This document shows, piece by piece, positions 35,899 through 44,838 of a DNA stretch of 64,000 bases. The notes under the pieces were generated by a model, which saw only the letters and a list, made by a program, of their open reading frames with translations, did not search any database and had not been told where the DNA came from. Both the position numbers and the translations under genes were made by a program. The DNA comes from Candidatus Latescibacterota bacterium. GTDB taxonomy: Bacteria > Latescibacterota > UBA2968 > UBA8231. How positions within the stretch are numbered: the stretch's first letter is position 1; each line of letters begins with the position of its first letter. The DNA lies in contig OZ241889.1 of assembly GCA_965203355.1 (NCBI GenBank), positions 3,424,001 to 3,488,000 on the forward strand, in the 5' to 3' direction.

Positions 35899-37947
35899 TT
35901 AGTAAGCGATGCCCAAAGGGCGTAACTGAGGGGCGGCGGCAAATTCCGAGCGCAGGTTTAGGGCCGTCAGGTAGAGGCCGGGCGGTAGCCGCTGGCCTGT
36001 TTCGTCGCGACCATCCCAGCGCAGGCTCTGCGGCCCGGCGTTCTGCAAGCCAGCCTCGACGAGGGCCACGCGCCGCCCGTCGAGGCTATAGACCTCGAGG
36101 ACGACGGGCACGGGCTCGGGCAGGCGGAACAGCGAATAGGCCACGTGTAGCTGGTCGTTGATGCCGTCGCCATTTGGCGTGAAGACCGCAGCGGAAAAGG
36201 TCAGGTTCTGGATGAAGGCGGTTGGTTGCGCCGTGGTGCCGAGCACGCGCAGGCTGTTGGTCGAGAGGTCCGCGCCGACATCGGCGCCGACCACCGGCTG
36301 GGGCAGCACGTCGCGTTCGCTGTCTAGTACCTCGCTCTGAAAGGTGGTCGCGAATTCAAATATCTCGGTGCCAAAGACGATGCGGATGGGCGGATTGTTG
36401 GCGCGCGTGATGCGCTCGGGCAGGTGGATGAGCAGGCCCTCGGGCTCTTGGATGACCTCGGCCGGCGGCGTTTCCGTGCGGCCCTCGCCTAGTTGCAGGC
36501 TTTTGAGTTCTGTTTGGTGCCCGGTGCGAATGCGCAGCAGGTCGAAGCCGGGGGCATTGACGGCGGCAAAATCGGCTTGGAGGTCGCAGACGAAGGCGAT
36601 GGCTTGGCCCAAGGGGACTTGGGTGATCCCGCCGACGGGCTGGGGATCGTCCAGCGGGGCCACTTCGCCGCGCACGGAGGCCGCCAACAGCGGGGCGGTT
36701 TCGATCCACAGGGAGTCGAGGCGCGCGAAGTCGTCGAAGGAATCGCTCTCCAGGGTGACGCGGAACTGCAAGTAGGTGCCGTTGCGCAGGTTGATCGGCT
36801 GGCCCGATTCGACGAAAGGGGCAGACCAGAAGGTCCAGTTGTCGGCATCGTAGCCAATGGAAGCGCGTACGCCCGGCTTGGGCTGGCGCTCGGTCAGGTC
36901 GTCGGCCGCGGTGACGCGCACGAAGCGCGTACGCAGGGCGTTTTCGTAGTGGTCGCGCGATACGACTCGCTCCAGGCCGGTGTCCATGTATTCGTGATAG
37001 ACGGTCGGGTCGTCGTCCATCCCGGTGCGTACTTCGATCTTAACTTGCGCGGCTGCGTCGGGCGTTTCCACTGGAGTTCCATGGACCATGCGGAATTTCG
37101 TCGCCTGCCAGAACAGCCGCCCAAAATTCACGGGCGCGCCCAGGTCGGTTATTTTGGTTTTGTAGATGGCCTGTCGCGGCACCCCTCGAGCGAAGATCTG
37201 GAACTCGCTAATCGAGCCGATGAGGGCGATGGCGACGTTACCGCTTTTGGCTTGAGCGTCCTCGTCTAAGAGCGAAAGCGTCCGACGGTAGCGGAAGAAG
37301 CGCAGGTACTGGCGGGTGAAGTCAACGCGCACGTGGGGCTCGAAGTTGGATTTGGTGTTGGTGATGACGGTGGAGAGCGGGTTGACATTGCCTTCGAGCA
37401 CCGGGGCTTCGGGCGCGACCGAAGCGGTCACCTGAAAGGCGGGAACAAAGTCCGTTTCGAGGGGCGTGCCGTCGGAGCGAAAGCCCTCGCTGGGCGGAAT
37501 AAAACCAAAAGCCACCGCTGGCACCGACACGGCCAAATCCATGGTAAAGGTTTCCTTTTCGATGCGGTCGGCTTTGGGCGGGTTATAGGTTATAGGATCG
37601 CCATCGATGAGCCAGGAGCCGTTTTCCGAAGGGTCGGGTACGCCGTGGTTCCACTTCCACATCCGCGGCGTTTCGCCGTCGAGGTAGTCGAAGACGCGGT
37701 CGCTGGGGTCGCGCCAAAAGGCCCAGTTGTCGATGTGGGAAAGAACCGTTTCATCCAGCGTGAAGTACGTGGGCTGGATGGCACCGGGGGCGGTTGCGAA
37801 ATCCACGAAGAGGCGCGTGGTGTCGTTTTCACTCCAAGACAGGCCGTTGCCGCCTAGCTGCCAGTGGGCGATCTGGGCGGTGGTGCTTTGCGATGAGCTT
37901 AGAATGGACCAGGCCACGAGCCCGATGGCGATTGAGACGCGGCGCAT
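35899..37947 (-). CDS. Secreted protein, paralog of the downstream gene, with FlgD Ig-like C-terminal domain
   Basis: Signal peptide and FTPNGDGINDQL...WDGRDETGQRLPPGLY...GIAY. Confidence 0.82.
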   Translation of the reverse strand: MRRVSIAIGLVAWSILSSSQSTTAQIAHWQLGGNGLSWSENDTTRLFVDFATAPGAIQPTYFTLDETVLSHIDNWAFWRDPSDRVFDYLDGETPRMWKWNHGVPDPSENGSWLIDGDPITYNPPKADRIEKETFTMDLAVSVPAVAFGFIPPSEGFRSDGTPLETDFVPAFQVTASVAPEAPVLEGNVNPLSTVITNTKSNFEPHVRVDFTRQYLRFFRYRRTLSLLDEDAQAKSGNVAIALIGSISEFQIFARGVPRQAIYKTKITDLGAPVNFGRLFWQATKFRMVHGTPVETPDAAAQVKIEVRTGMDDDPTVYHEYMDTGLERVVSRDHYENALRTRFVRVTAADDLTERQPKPGVRASIGYDADNWTFWSAPFVESGQPINLRNGTYLQFRVTLESDSFDDFARLDSLWIETAPLLAASVRGEVAPLDDPQPVGGITQVPLGQAIAFVCDLQADFAAVNAPGFDLLRIRTGHQTELKSLQLGEGRTETPPAEVIQEPEGLLIHLPERITRANNPPIRIVFGTEIFEFATTFQSEVLDSERDVLPQPVVGADVGADLSTNSLRVLGTTAQPTAFIQNLTFSAAVFTPNGDGINDQLHVAYSLFRLPEPVPVVLEVYSLDGRRVALVEAGLQNAGPQSLRWDGRDETGQRLPPGLYLTALNLRSEFAAAPQLRPLGIAY

Positions 37948-38017
37948 GAAGGCTCTCCTTTGCCGAGCGAAAGTTAGCGAAAGAAGCTAACAATATAATG
38001 ATAATGCGCGGAATATC

Positions 38018-38255
38018 ATACGCTACGGCGATGGTGCGGAGAGCGGTGTCGTCGTTTAGATCAATGCGACAGAGGTAGGGGCCGGGCGGCACGGGTCGTG
38101 CGTCCGTTTCAAGTGAAGATGTCGGTGGTCGAAGTCGCTAGTTCGGCGAGAGCGCAAATGCGCGGGGTGTGCGTTGCCCGACCTTGAAGGCGACGACGCG
38201 GATAAGCACTGCGTCGTTGATGCCGTTTGGCGATAAGCGGGCCGATGCCCGTGCG
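38018..38255 (-). pseudogene. Eroded C-terminal fragment of a third FlgD-domain paralog
   Basis: ASARLSPNGINDAVLIRVVAFKV...* and PPGPYLCRIDLNDDTALRTIAVAY match the end of 33535-35889. Internal stop and deletions; no N-terminal part. Confidence 0.78.
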
Positions 38256-38298
38256 CGAATCCCTTGGGAGATAGAAAAGCTAAATACGCAAAAGCGGC

Positions 38299-39519
38299 CT
38301 AAACCCCGAATGGCACCAGCCAATCCTCTTCAATCCCTAGGTCAAAGCCCGGTCCGCGCGGCGCGAATTCCAGATAGCTATCTTGGGGCACCAGTGCCCC
38401 GGGCTCGGCTACCTCGGCCAGCGGAATCCCCGGATCCGAGCCGATGTAGTATTCGCCCCAAGGCGTGTTAGGCATCGCCCAAGTCAAGTGCTGGCCATAG
38501 GGGTCTCGCCCCCCGCCGTGGAGGCAGACTTCGAGGCCAGCGGCCTCGGCGAGGTGGCAGATTTTGATACAGGCGGTCAGCCCGCCGACCCAGTGAATGT
38601 CGGGTTGTAGTACGTCGAGGGCGCGGTGCTCAATCATTTGCTGATAGGGGTAGTGGGTGTAGAAGTGTTCGCCGCTGGCCAGCGTTTGCCAAGGCAGGCA
38701 CTCTTTGAGTTTGATGTGACTTTTGACGTCTTCGGGGATCAGACATTCCTCCAGCCAGCGCAGCTTGTAGGGCCTGAGACGCTCGGCTAGGCGGACGCTG
38801 TATTCGACGTCAAAGGCCATGTAGCAGTCGAGCATCAGTTCGCAGTCGTCGCCGACTAGGGCGCGGACTTCGGCGATCCGCCGCTCGTTTTGGTCCAGGC
38901 CCCACAGGCCATCGGCCGGGCCGTATTGGCAGGGGAGTTTGAAGGCTCGGAAGCCCAGCTCGCGGTACCAATCGACGTCGTCGCCGGTGGCGTAGGTGAA
39001 GATGCGCTCGCGGGCCGGGCCGCCGATGAGCTGGTACACGGGTTTTTGTTGCAGCTTGCCAGCCAAATCCCACAGGGCCAGGTCCACGGCGCTGATGGCG
39101 ACGGTGGCCAGGCCGACGGTGCCGAAGGGTTTGGAGACGCGGAACATCAGGTCCCACAATTTGTCGATGGCTAGGCAGTCTTCGCCTATGAGGATGTGGG
39201 CGAAGGCGTCTTCGATTACAGCGGCAACAGGCCGACCCGCGCCCGTGCCCAAGCCCCAAGTGCCGTCCTCGGCTGTGACTTTGACTGCGAAGCCGGGCCA
39301 GTGCCGGGCGGCGTAGAGTTGACGCCGAGGCTTGAAGCGCGGAAAGCGCGACATCGGGTTGGCTACTTCGATTTCGGTGGGCCAAGCCTTGCGGCGCGGT
39401 TGGCTCTGCTGTGCGGGAGCGGTCGAGGCCGAGAGCGTCGAGCCTGCTTGGGCGCGGGTACGGGGCGAAGGGCTGTCCGGGCGTTGGATGCGGACTAGGT
39501 CGATGGATTTGATTTTCAT
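38299..39519 (-). CDS. Mandelate racemase/enolase-superfamily dehydratase (L-rhamnonate dehydratase-like)
   Basis: ISAVDLALWDL.GK, LMLDCYM, WLEE, SGEH and QPDIHWVGGLT motifs. Confidence 0.88.
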   Translation of the reverse strand: MKIKSIDLVRIQRPDSPSPRTRAQAGSTLSASTAPAQQSQPRRKAWPTEIEVANPMSRFPRFKPRRQLYAARHWPGFAVKVTAEDGTWGLGTGAGRPVAAVIEDAFAHILIGEDCLAIDKLWDLMFRVSKPFGTVGLATVAISAVDLALWDLAGKLQQKPVYQLIGGPARERIFTYATGDDVDWYRELGFRAFKLPCQYGPADGLWGLDQNERRIAEVRALVGDDCELMLDCYMAFDVEYSVRLAERLRPYKLRWLEECLIPEDVKSHIKLKECLPWQTLASGEHFYTHYPYQQMIEHRALDVLQPDIHWVGGLTACIKICHLAEAAGLEVCLHGGGRDPYGQHLTWAMPNTPWGEYYIGSDPGIPLAEVAEPGALVPQDSYLEFAPRGPGFDLGIEEDWLVPFGV

Positions 39520-39626
39520 TTTTTAGATGCCTCAGATCTGAGTTATTTGCTGCGGGCAATTAGGTACAGTCAACTTCGATTAGCAAGTGGCTGGGGTGCT
39601 TGGTCTCTTGTTGTTTGTATTCCTTG

Positions 39627-39701
39627 CAGTACGTGCCGGTGGCTGACAAACTTTACGATGATCATCTTGAAACCCTGCAAAAGGAAGGATTGATCCCATG
39701 A
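39627..39701 (+). pseudogene. C-terminal remnant of a RelE/HigB (Gp49-like) toxin
   Basis: QYVPVADKLYDDHLETLQKEGLIP*, with the stop overlapping the antitoxin start (ATGA). The upstream body is missing. Confidence 0.65.
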
Positions 39702-40033
39702 GCGGACCCCGTCCCTTTAGTGAGTTGACCAAAGATTTCACGCCGGAGCGCCAGCGGCGCATTGAGGCGAAAAAGGCTGAGTTGCGGGCTGCCATGCCGC
39801 TGCACGAGCTACGGCAGGCACAGGCTATGACCCAAAAGGCACTGGGCGAAACCTTGGCGGTGAACCAACCTGCCATCGCCAAGATGGAACGGCGGACGGA
39901 TATGTACGTCTCGACCCTGCGATCCTACATCGAAGCACTCGGCGGACGGCTGAAGATCGTCGCTGAGTTTCCGACCGGCGAAGTTGCAATAACTAACTTC
40001 TCGGACGCGGGCCGCGACGAAAGCGGCCGGTAG
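39698..40033 (+). CDS. XRE-family HTH protein, HigA-like antitoxin
   Basis: LHELRQAQAMTQKALGETLAVNQPAIAKMERRTDMYVSTLRSYIEALGGRLKIVAEFP. Confidence 0.9.
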   Translation: MSGPRPFSELTKDFTPERQRRIEAKKAELRAAMPLHELRQAQAMTQKALGETLAVNQPAIAKMERRTDMYVSTLRSYIEALGGRLKIVAEFPTGEVAITNFSDAGRDESGR

Positions 40034-40035
40034 CT

Positions 40036-41460
40036 TTAGTCCTTGTCTTGTTTTTTTGCTTGTCTGATCATTTTCTGCAAGAATTTTACGGTATCATCAG
40101 TATGATCTAATTGTTTAATAGGAACAGTAAGAGTTTTTCCATCCACTTGAACGCTGATGTCGCTATGCGTCATCCGAAACCGCATCACCCTTCGCGTATC
40201 AACTCGAAACTTCCTAACGCCGTTGATGACTTCCTCTTCCTGAAAATTACAAAAAGAAGTTTCTCGGCAATCCTTTCTTATCCTACTAATACGGTGCTCC
40301 ATGAAATAGACCTGAACTAAGTTTTGAAAATCACGCACATCCGCTATAGTAGCTTGGGCTGCCTGATAAACAATGCCATGGGATGGCGGGACGAGAGAAC
40401 ACCAGCGAATAGACTCATCTGCGATGGTATTAATACGTTGAACTATTTGGGACGCTATCTCAAAATTCGCATCTTCCAGCTCACCGAACCAAGCAGCCAT
40501 GCGTTTCACTCCAATATGGTACTCCTGCGCTATTTGTAGTTCCATGATGTGCGCGACCGCATCGCCGGGAAAGTCCTCGACAAACTTGTTGTACTCGTGG
40601 ATAAGGGGCAAAATGCTGGGTTCAAAATCCTGAGACAATTCCAAGACGGCATTCGGAATCTCTTCCTTCTTTATCTTCTCTGCTTTCCCCGCTTGAAGGG
40701 CAGCCCCAACAAGGCTACCGACAGCAACCGCAGCCCCAGCAGCTTGGCCTGCCTTGTCGTTGCTGCCGATTGCGCCCGCCGCACCCGCCGCCGAAGCAAG
40801 CCCTAACCCTAAAGCTGCTGCGTTTGCTTCTGATGCAGCAATTGCTTTGCCCATTATGACATCAAATGAGCGTTGCTGCTGTTGCCAGTAAGACTCCATT
40901 CCGTCTTTATACAGCATGAATCGGTACGACATAGCCTTTTTAGCCGCATCTGTCCCCGGAAATTCCGTTGTGATCTTATCGTACCACTCGCGCGCCATAG
41001 CAAGCTGATTGATATGGGAAGTGTATATGCTCCACTGTTTCGGCGGGTCCCACCAAAACTGAGCGTTGAGAAGGTAGGATTGAGCCAGCGCATCGCTCGT
41101 CTCGTCCTCGGCGATCTCAAGGACCAAGGCATTAAAATCTTCCAAAAGGTATTTAACCCCCGCTGATACAGTCCGGCCTTTTTCTGTATTGGGAAACTCG
41201 TCAATAAGCAGATTCCACGTTTCAGTAGCTAGCCCTATGTCTTTATTGTTGAAAGCGATCAGCCCAAGCTGATACAAAGCGTCTGCCTTGTCCTCTTCGC
41301 GGGCCTCGTCGTTATATAGCACGTCGATAAAGGCTCGCTTTGCATCCACTTCAAGGCCGTGCATCTTGAGCATGAGGCCGCGACTAACCGATGGCTCAGC
41401 ATAACTAGGAATGGACCAAGCGATCATCAGCATGGCCACTGGGATAAAGAGGTGTTTCAC
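40036..41460 (-). CDS. Exported TPR-like protein with an internal glycine-zipper-like hydrophobic segment
   Basis: Start trimmed to GTG (VKHLFIPVAML). KADALYQLG...LIDEFP and YDKITTEFPGTDAA are TPR-like. Visibly more A/T-rich than its neighbours. Confidence 0.72.
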   Translation of the reverse strand: MKHLFIPVAMLMIAWSIPSYAEPSVSRGLMLKMHGLEVDAKRAFIDVLYNDEAREEDKADALYQLGLIAFNNKDIGLATETWNLLIDEFPNTEKGRTVSAGVKYLLEDFNALVLEIAEDETSDALAQSYLLNAQFWWDPPKQWSIYTSHINQLAMAREWYDKITTEFPGTDAAKKAMSYRFMLYKDGMESYWQQQQRSFDVIMGKAIAASEANAAALGLGLASAAGAAGAIGSNDKAGQAAGAAVAVGSLVGAALQAGKAEKIKKEEIPNAVLELSQDFEPSILPLIHEYNKFVEDFPGDAVAHIMELQIAQEYHIGVKRMAAWFGELEDANFEIASQIVQRINTIADESIRWCSLVPPSHGIVYQAAQATIADVRDFQNLVQVYFMEHRISRIRKDCRETSFCNFQEEEVINGVRKFRVDTRRVMRFRMTHSDISVQVDGKTLTVPIKQLDHTDDTVKFLQKMIRQAKKQDKD

Positions 41461-41609
41461 GGTATGTCTCCTTTGGGCTGCTGGTGGAATGCGGCTATAG
41501 GACCTGAACTGTCGCGGTGGAAGCAAATTGGTGCGGCCCTCAGAAGCGTTTTTCGCGGTCTCAGCGATGAGCATTGCCTTGCGGCGCGACATGCTTCTAA
41601 ACGCCAGCT

Positions 41610-42674
41610 TCACCCGTTCCCGCCCCACGCCAGTGCTTCGGCTTCGGCGGCTGACAGGGTGAGATTGGCTTCGGCGGCTGACAGGGTGAGATTGGCTTCG
41701 GCGGCGGTTGGCTCTTGCCACTCGGAGAGCAGGTCGGCCAATTCGGCGAGGGAAGCGGTTGTCAGCAGGCGGCGGCGCAACCCGGAGGCGCGAGGCAGGC
41801 TTTTGAAGTAGAGCGCGAGGTGCTTGCGCGTCTCGCGGACGCCGACGCGCTCGCCTTTGTACGCGGCCATCAGGCGTAGCTGCTCCAGCGCCAAGTTGAC
41901 GCGCTCGGAAAGGGTGGCGCCGCTGCGGCCGGAAAAGAGCCAAGGATTGGCCAGGGCCGCCCGACCGACCATGACCGCCGCGCAGCCTGTCTCCCGCTGC
42001 ATGAGGCGGGCGTCGTCGAGGGTAAGCACGTCGCCGTTGCCGATGATGGGCAGGGCGGTGGCTTCGACGGCGCGGCCGATCCAGGGCCAGTTGGCGCGGC
42101 CCTTGTATTTTTGCACGACGGTGCGGGCGTGGATGGCTACGGCCTTAGCGCCGGCGTCCTCGCAGCGGCGCACTACTTCGAGGATGTTTATCTGCTCTTC
42201 GTCCCAACCGAGGCGCGTCTTGACGATGACTGGAACCGAGACCGCTTTGACCGTGCGCTCGACGGCTTGATAGAGCCGATCGAGATCGCGCAAATAGGCC
42301 GCGCCGCAGCCTTTGGCGACAATTTTGGGAACGGAACAGCCAAAATTGATATCCACCACTTGCGCGCCGCGCCGCTCGAATTCCCGCGCCCCATTGGCGA
42401 TCAGGTCGATGTCGTTGCCGTAGATTTGCGCGGCCAGCAGCGAGATGCCCGTGTCGGCGTAGATGGGCGCGTCGGAAAAGTCGAGCATCTGCATGCTCTT
42501 GCGCGAGCGAATGGCGATGGTGCGGCAGTTGATGAATTCAACCCCGACCAGCCGCGCTCCAAGGCGCGCGCAGATCAGGCGAAAGACCCAGTTGCTCACC
42601 CCGGCCATGGGAGCGAGGGTGAGGATGGGCATGTCTTCCTTGAAGGGACGGAGCTGGTGGGGGCCGAGTTGCAC
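41610..42674 (-). CDS. dusB: tRNA-dihydrouridine synthase (DusB-like)
   Basis: LAPMAGVS, DINFGC, KTRLGWD, IHART, IGNGD and VMVGR motifs. Confidence 0.88.
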   Translation of the reverse strand: MQLGPHQLRPFKEDMPILTLAPMAGVSNWVFRLICARLGARLVGVEFINCRTIAIRSRKSMQMLDFSDAPIYADTGISLLAAQIYGNDIDLIANGAREFERRGAQVVDINFGCSVPKIVAKGCGAAYLRDLDRLYQAVERTVKAVSVPVIVKTRLGWDEEQINILEVVRRCEDAGAKAVAIHARTVVQKYKGRANWPWIGRAVEATALPIIGNGDVLTLDDARLMQRETGCAAVMVGRAALANPWLFSGRSGATLSERVNLALEQLRLMAAYKGERVGVRETRKHLALYFKSLPRASGLRRRLLTTASLAELADLLSEWQEPTAAEANLTLSAAEANLTLSAAEAEALAWGGNG

Positions 42675-42678
42675 GAAC

Positions 42679-43002
42679 TTACAGTGGATTTTCCATTTGC
42701 AGCCGGGCGGCGATGGCTTTTTCTCGTTCAGCCTCGGCGATCAGGCCCTTGCGCTGGTAGAACATGGACAGGCTGGTGTGGACGAGGAAGTCGTCGGGGT
42801 CGTACTCGGCGGCCTTTTGCGCCGCGCTGAGTGCTTGGTCGAGGTCGCCCAACTGCTCGTGGCAGTGCGCCATCGCTTGGTAGGCATCGGCAAACTGTGG
42901 ATCCAGGGCGATGGCTTGGGCTAGATCGTCCAAGGCACCGGCAAAGTCTCGCTGGGCAAATTTGTTCATGCCGCTCTTGTAGAGGGCCGTTTTGTCGGTC
43001 AT
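42679..43002 (-). CDS. Small tetratricopeptide repeat protein
   Basis: AIALDPQFADAY...AAEYDPDDFLVHTSLS; start trimmed to MTDKTAL. Confidence 0.85.
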   Translation of the reverse strand: MTDKTALYKSGMNKFAQRDFAGALDDLAQAIALDPQFADAYQAMAHCHEQLGDLDQALSAAQKAAEYDPDDFLVHTSLSMFYQRKGLIAEAEREKAIAARLQMENPL

Positions 43003-43117
43003 GGCGTGCGCCTGTTTGGGGTGAATTGTCGATGTTGGACCATTCAAAAAGTAGCGCAAAGTAGTATATTGATGCAATGGCGTCAGGCGTGGGGATTGAA
43101 CGAATAAAGGAGGATTT

Positions 43118-44212
43118 ATGTTGCACTGGGCCTTGTTGGGCGCGGCCTTGCTGGCCGCTGTTGCCGAGGGGCAATCGCGCTTCGACATCGACTACGTAGA
43201 AAGCATTGAGCCGCGAAGTTATGTGGCATATCGCACGGCTGGAGCCATCGACATTGACGGCAATCTCGACGAGCCGTCTTGGCTGCGGGCGGATTGGACC
43301 GAGCCTTTCGTCGATATCGAGGGCGAGCGACGGCCTGTACCGCGCTTGCAGACGCGGACCAAGATGCTGTGGGACGACGAGTATTTATACATTGCCGCCG
43401 ATTTGGAGGAGCCGCACGTGTGGGCTACCATCGACCGGCGCGACGCAACGATCTACCAAGAAAACGACTTTGAGGTCTTTATCGACCCGGACGGCGATAC
43501 GCACCAGTACTACGAGTTTGAGATCAATGCCCTCGGCACGGAGTGGGATTTGTTGATGATCAAACCCTACCGCGACGGCGGCCCCTACATCAGTGCTTGG
43601 GACATCGCCGGTCTGCAAACGGCCGTGCGGGTGTGGGGCAGCCTCAATGACCCCACGGACGCGGACCAGGGCTGGTCGGTGGAGATGGCCTTCCCGTGGG
43701 CCGTACTGGCCGGTGCTACGTACAAGAAGGTGCCGCCGGTGGATGGCGCTCAATGGCGGATCAATTTTTCGCGCGTCCAATGGGCCTTGGCCATCGACGC
43801 GGGCCAGTACATCAAGGTAGAGGACCACAGCCCGGACAACTGGGTCTGGTCGCCGCAAGGGTTGGTGAACATGCACTACCCGGAAAAGTGGGGGTTCGTG
43901 CAGTTTGCCACTGAGGTCGTCGGGCGGCAAGCAGTGTCCTTTCGCCCGGCCGCGGCCGAGGAGGCCAAGCGCGTTTTGCGCGGGATCTACTATCGCCAAC
44001 AGCGGTTTCGCCGCGCACGCGGCTACTACGCGGCTAGCTTGGACTCGCTTGGCATGGAAGCGCAGGTCTTGCGGCACTTTAGCTGGCCGCCGGTCATCCA
44101 AGTGACCGACCACCAGTTTGAGGCGCACTTAGAGGAAACCGTCGATTTGGACGAGGATGGCCAGATCAACCGCTGGCTCATCCGTGCGGACTCGCGCACT
44201 TGGCGCGATTAG
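43118..44212 (+). CDS. Carbohydrate-binding family 9-like protein
   Basis: IDGNLDEPSW, LWDDEYLY, NDFEVFIDP, YYEFEIN, WRINFSRV and NWVWSPQG motifs. Confidence 0.88.
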   Translation: MLHWALLGAALLAAVAEGQSRFDIDYVESIEPRSYVAYRTAGAIDIDGNLDEPSWLRADWTEPFVDIEGERRPVPRLQTRTKMLWDDEYLYIAADLEEPHVWATIDRRDATIYQENDFEVFIDPDGDTHQYYEFEINALGTEWDLLMIKPYRDGGPYISAWDIAGLQTAVRVWGSLNDPTDADQGWSVEMAFPWAVLAGATYKKVPPVDGAQWRINFSRVQWALAIDAGQYIKVEDHSPDNWVWSPQGLVNMHYPEKWGFVQFATEVVGRQAVSFRPAAAEEAKRVLRGIYYRQQRFRRARGYYAASLDSLGMEAQVLRHFSWPPVIQVTDHQFEAHLEETVDLDEDGQINRWLIRADSRTWRD

Positions 44213-44288
44213 GGCCGTTGCCGCGCCGCCGAAATCGCCCTATACTGCCTTGTCCATAGCCAAGAACCACGTTGCCAAGGAGGCCCTT

Positions 44289-44774
44289 GTGAAGAACGGA
44301 AAACAGATACTCTTGCTCGCCTGTTGTCTTTTGGCTCCAGTCGCGCCGCTGGGGGCGCACTGCGAGATTCCCTGCGGCATTTATGGAGACGAGGCGCGTT
44401 TTGCCGCGCTGGCGGAAGATCTGACGACCATTGAGAAGGCCATGATCGAGATCGCGAGGCTGGCTGGCCAAAGCGATGACCATATCGTAAGCGAACTAGC
44501 TCGGATGATGGACGCAAACCAACTAGCTCGGTGGGTGGCGAGCAAGGAAGAACACGCCAACAGAATCCAACACGTCGTCGCTCAGTATTTTATGACGCAG
44601 CGGCTCAAGGAAGTGGAAGCAGGCGAGGAGGGAAGGGCCGCATACACTGAGAAACTGGTGCTTTTGCACAAGATGCTCCGGGGGGCCATGAAGTGCAAGC
44701 AGACGGTGGATGTGCAGGAGGTGAAGAAGATGCGGACCTTGTTACACGAGTTTAAGCACGCCTATCAAAACTAA
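44289..44774 (+). CDS. sodN: Nickel superoxide dismutase precursor with signal peptide
   Basis: Ni-hook HCEIPCGIY, plus RWV..KEEHA, YFMTQR and KCKQT motifs. Confidence 0.92.
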   Translation: MKNGKQILLLACCLLAPVAPLGAHCEIPCGIYGDEARFAALAEDLTTIEKAMIEIARLAGQSDDHIVSELARMMDANQLARWVASKEEHANRIQHVVAQYFMTQRLKEVEAGEEGRAAYTEKLVLLHKMLRGAMKCKQTVDVQEVKKMRTLLHEFKHAYQN

Positions 44775-44796
44775 CGCCTTCCCCAGCCGCGCTGGC

Positions 44797-44838
44797 GAAA
44801 GCCTCGTCTCCCTTTGTGGAGATGGGGCTTTTTGTTTT
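44797..44838. terminator. Probable bidirectional terminator between convergent sodN and the lamin-tail gene
   Basis: AAAGCCTCGTCTCC-CTTTGT-GGAGATGGGGCTTT followed by TTGTTTT. Confidence 0.75.

Noticed and set aside
41641-41705. 27-bp tandem duplication (AAEANLTLS x2) in the dusB tail, and the idea of a dus-targeted genomic island
   Set aside because: In-frame duplication in a non-conserved tail. No integrase or att duplication is seen, and known dus-associated islands insert near the 5' end.
41460-41943. N-terminal extension of the 635-aa ORF overlapping dusB, and similar extensions of ffh, apgM, xerD, uvrC and truA
   Set aside because: GC-rich open-frame run-on overlapping real genes; starts were trimmed to the family-typical N-termini.
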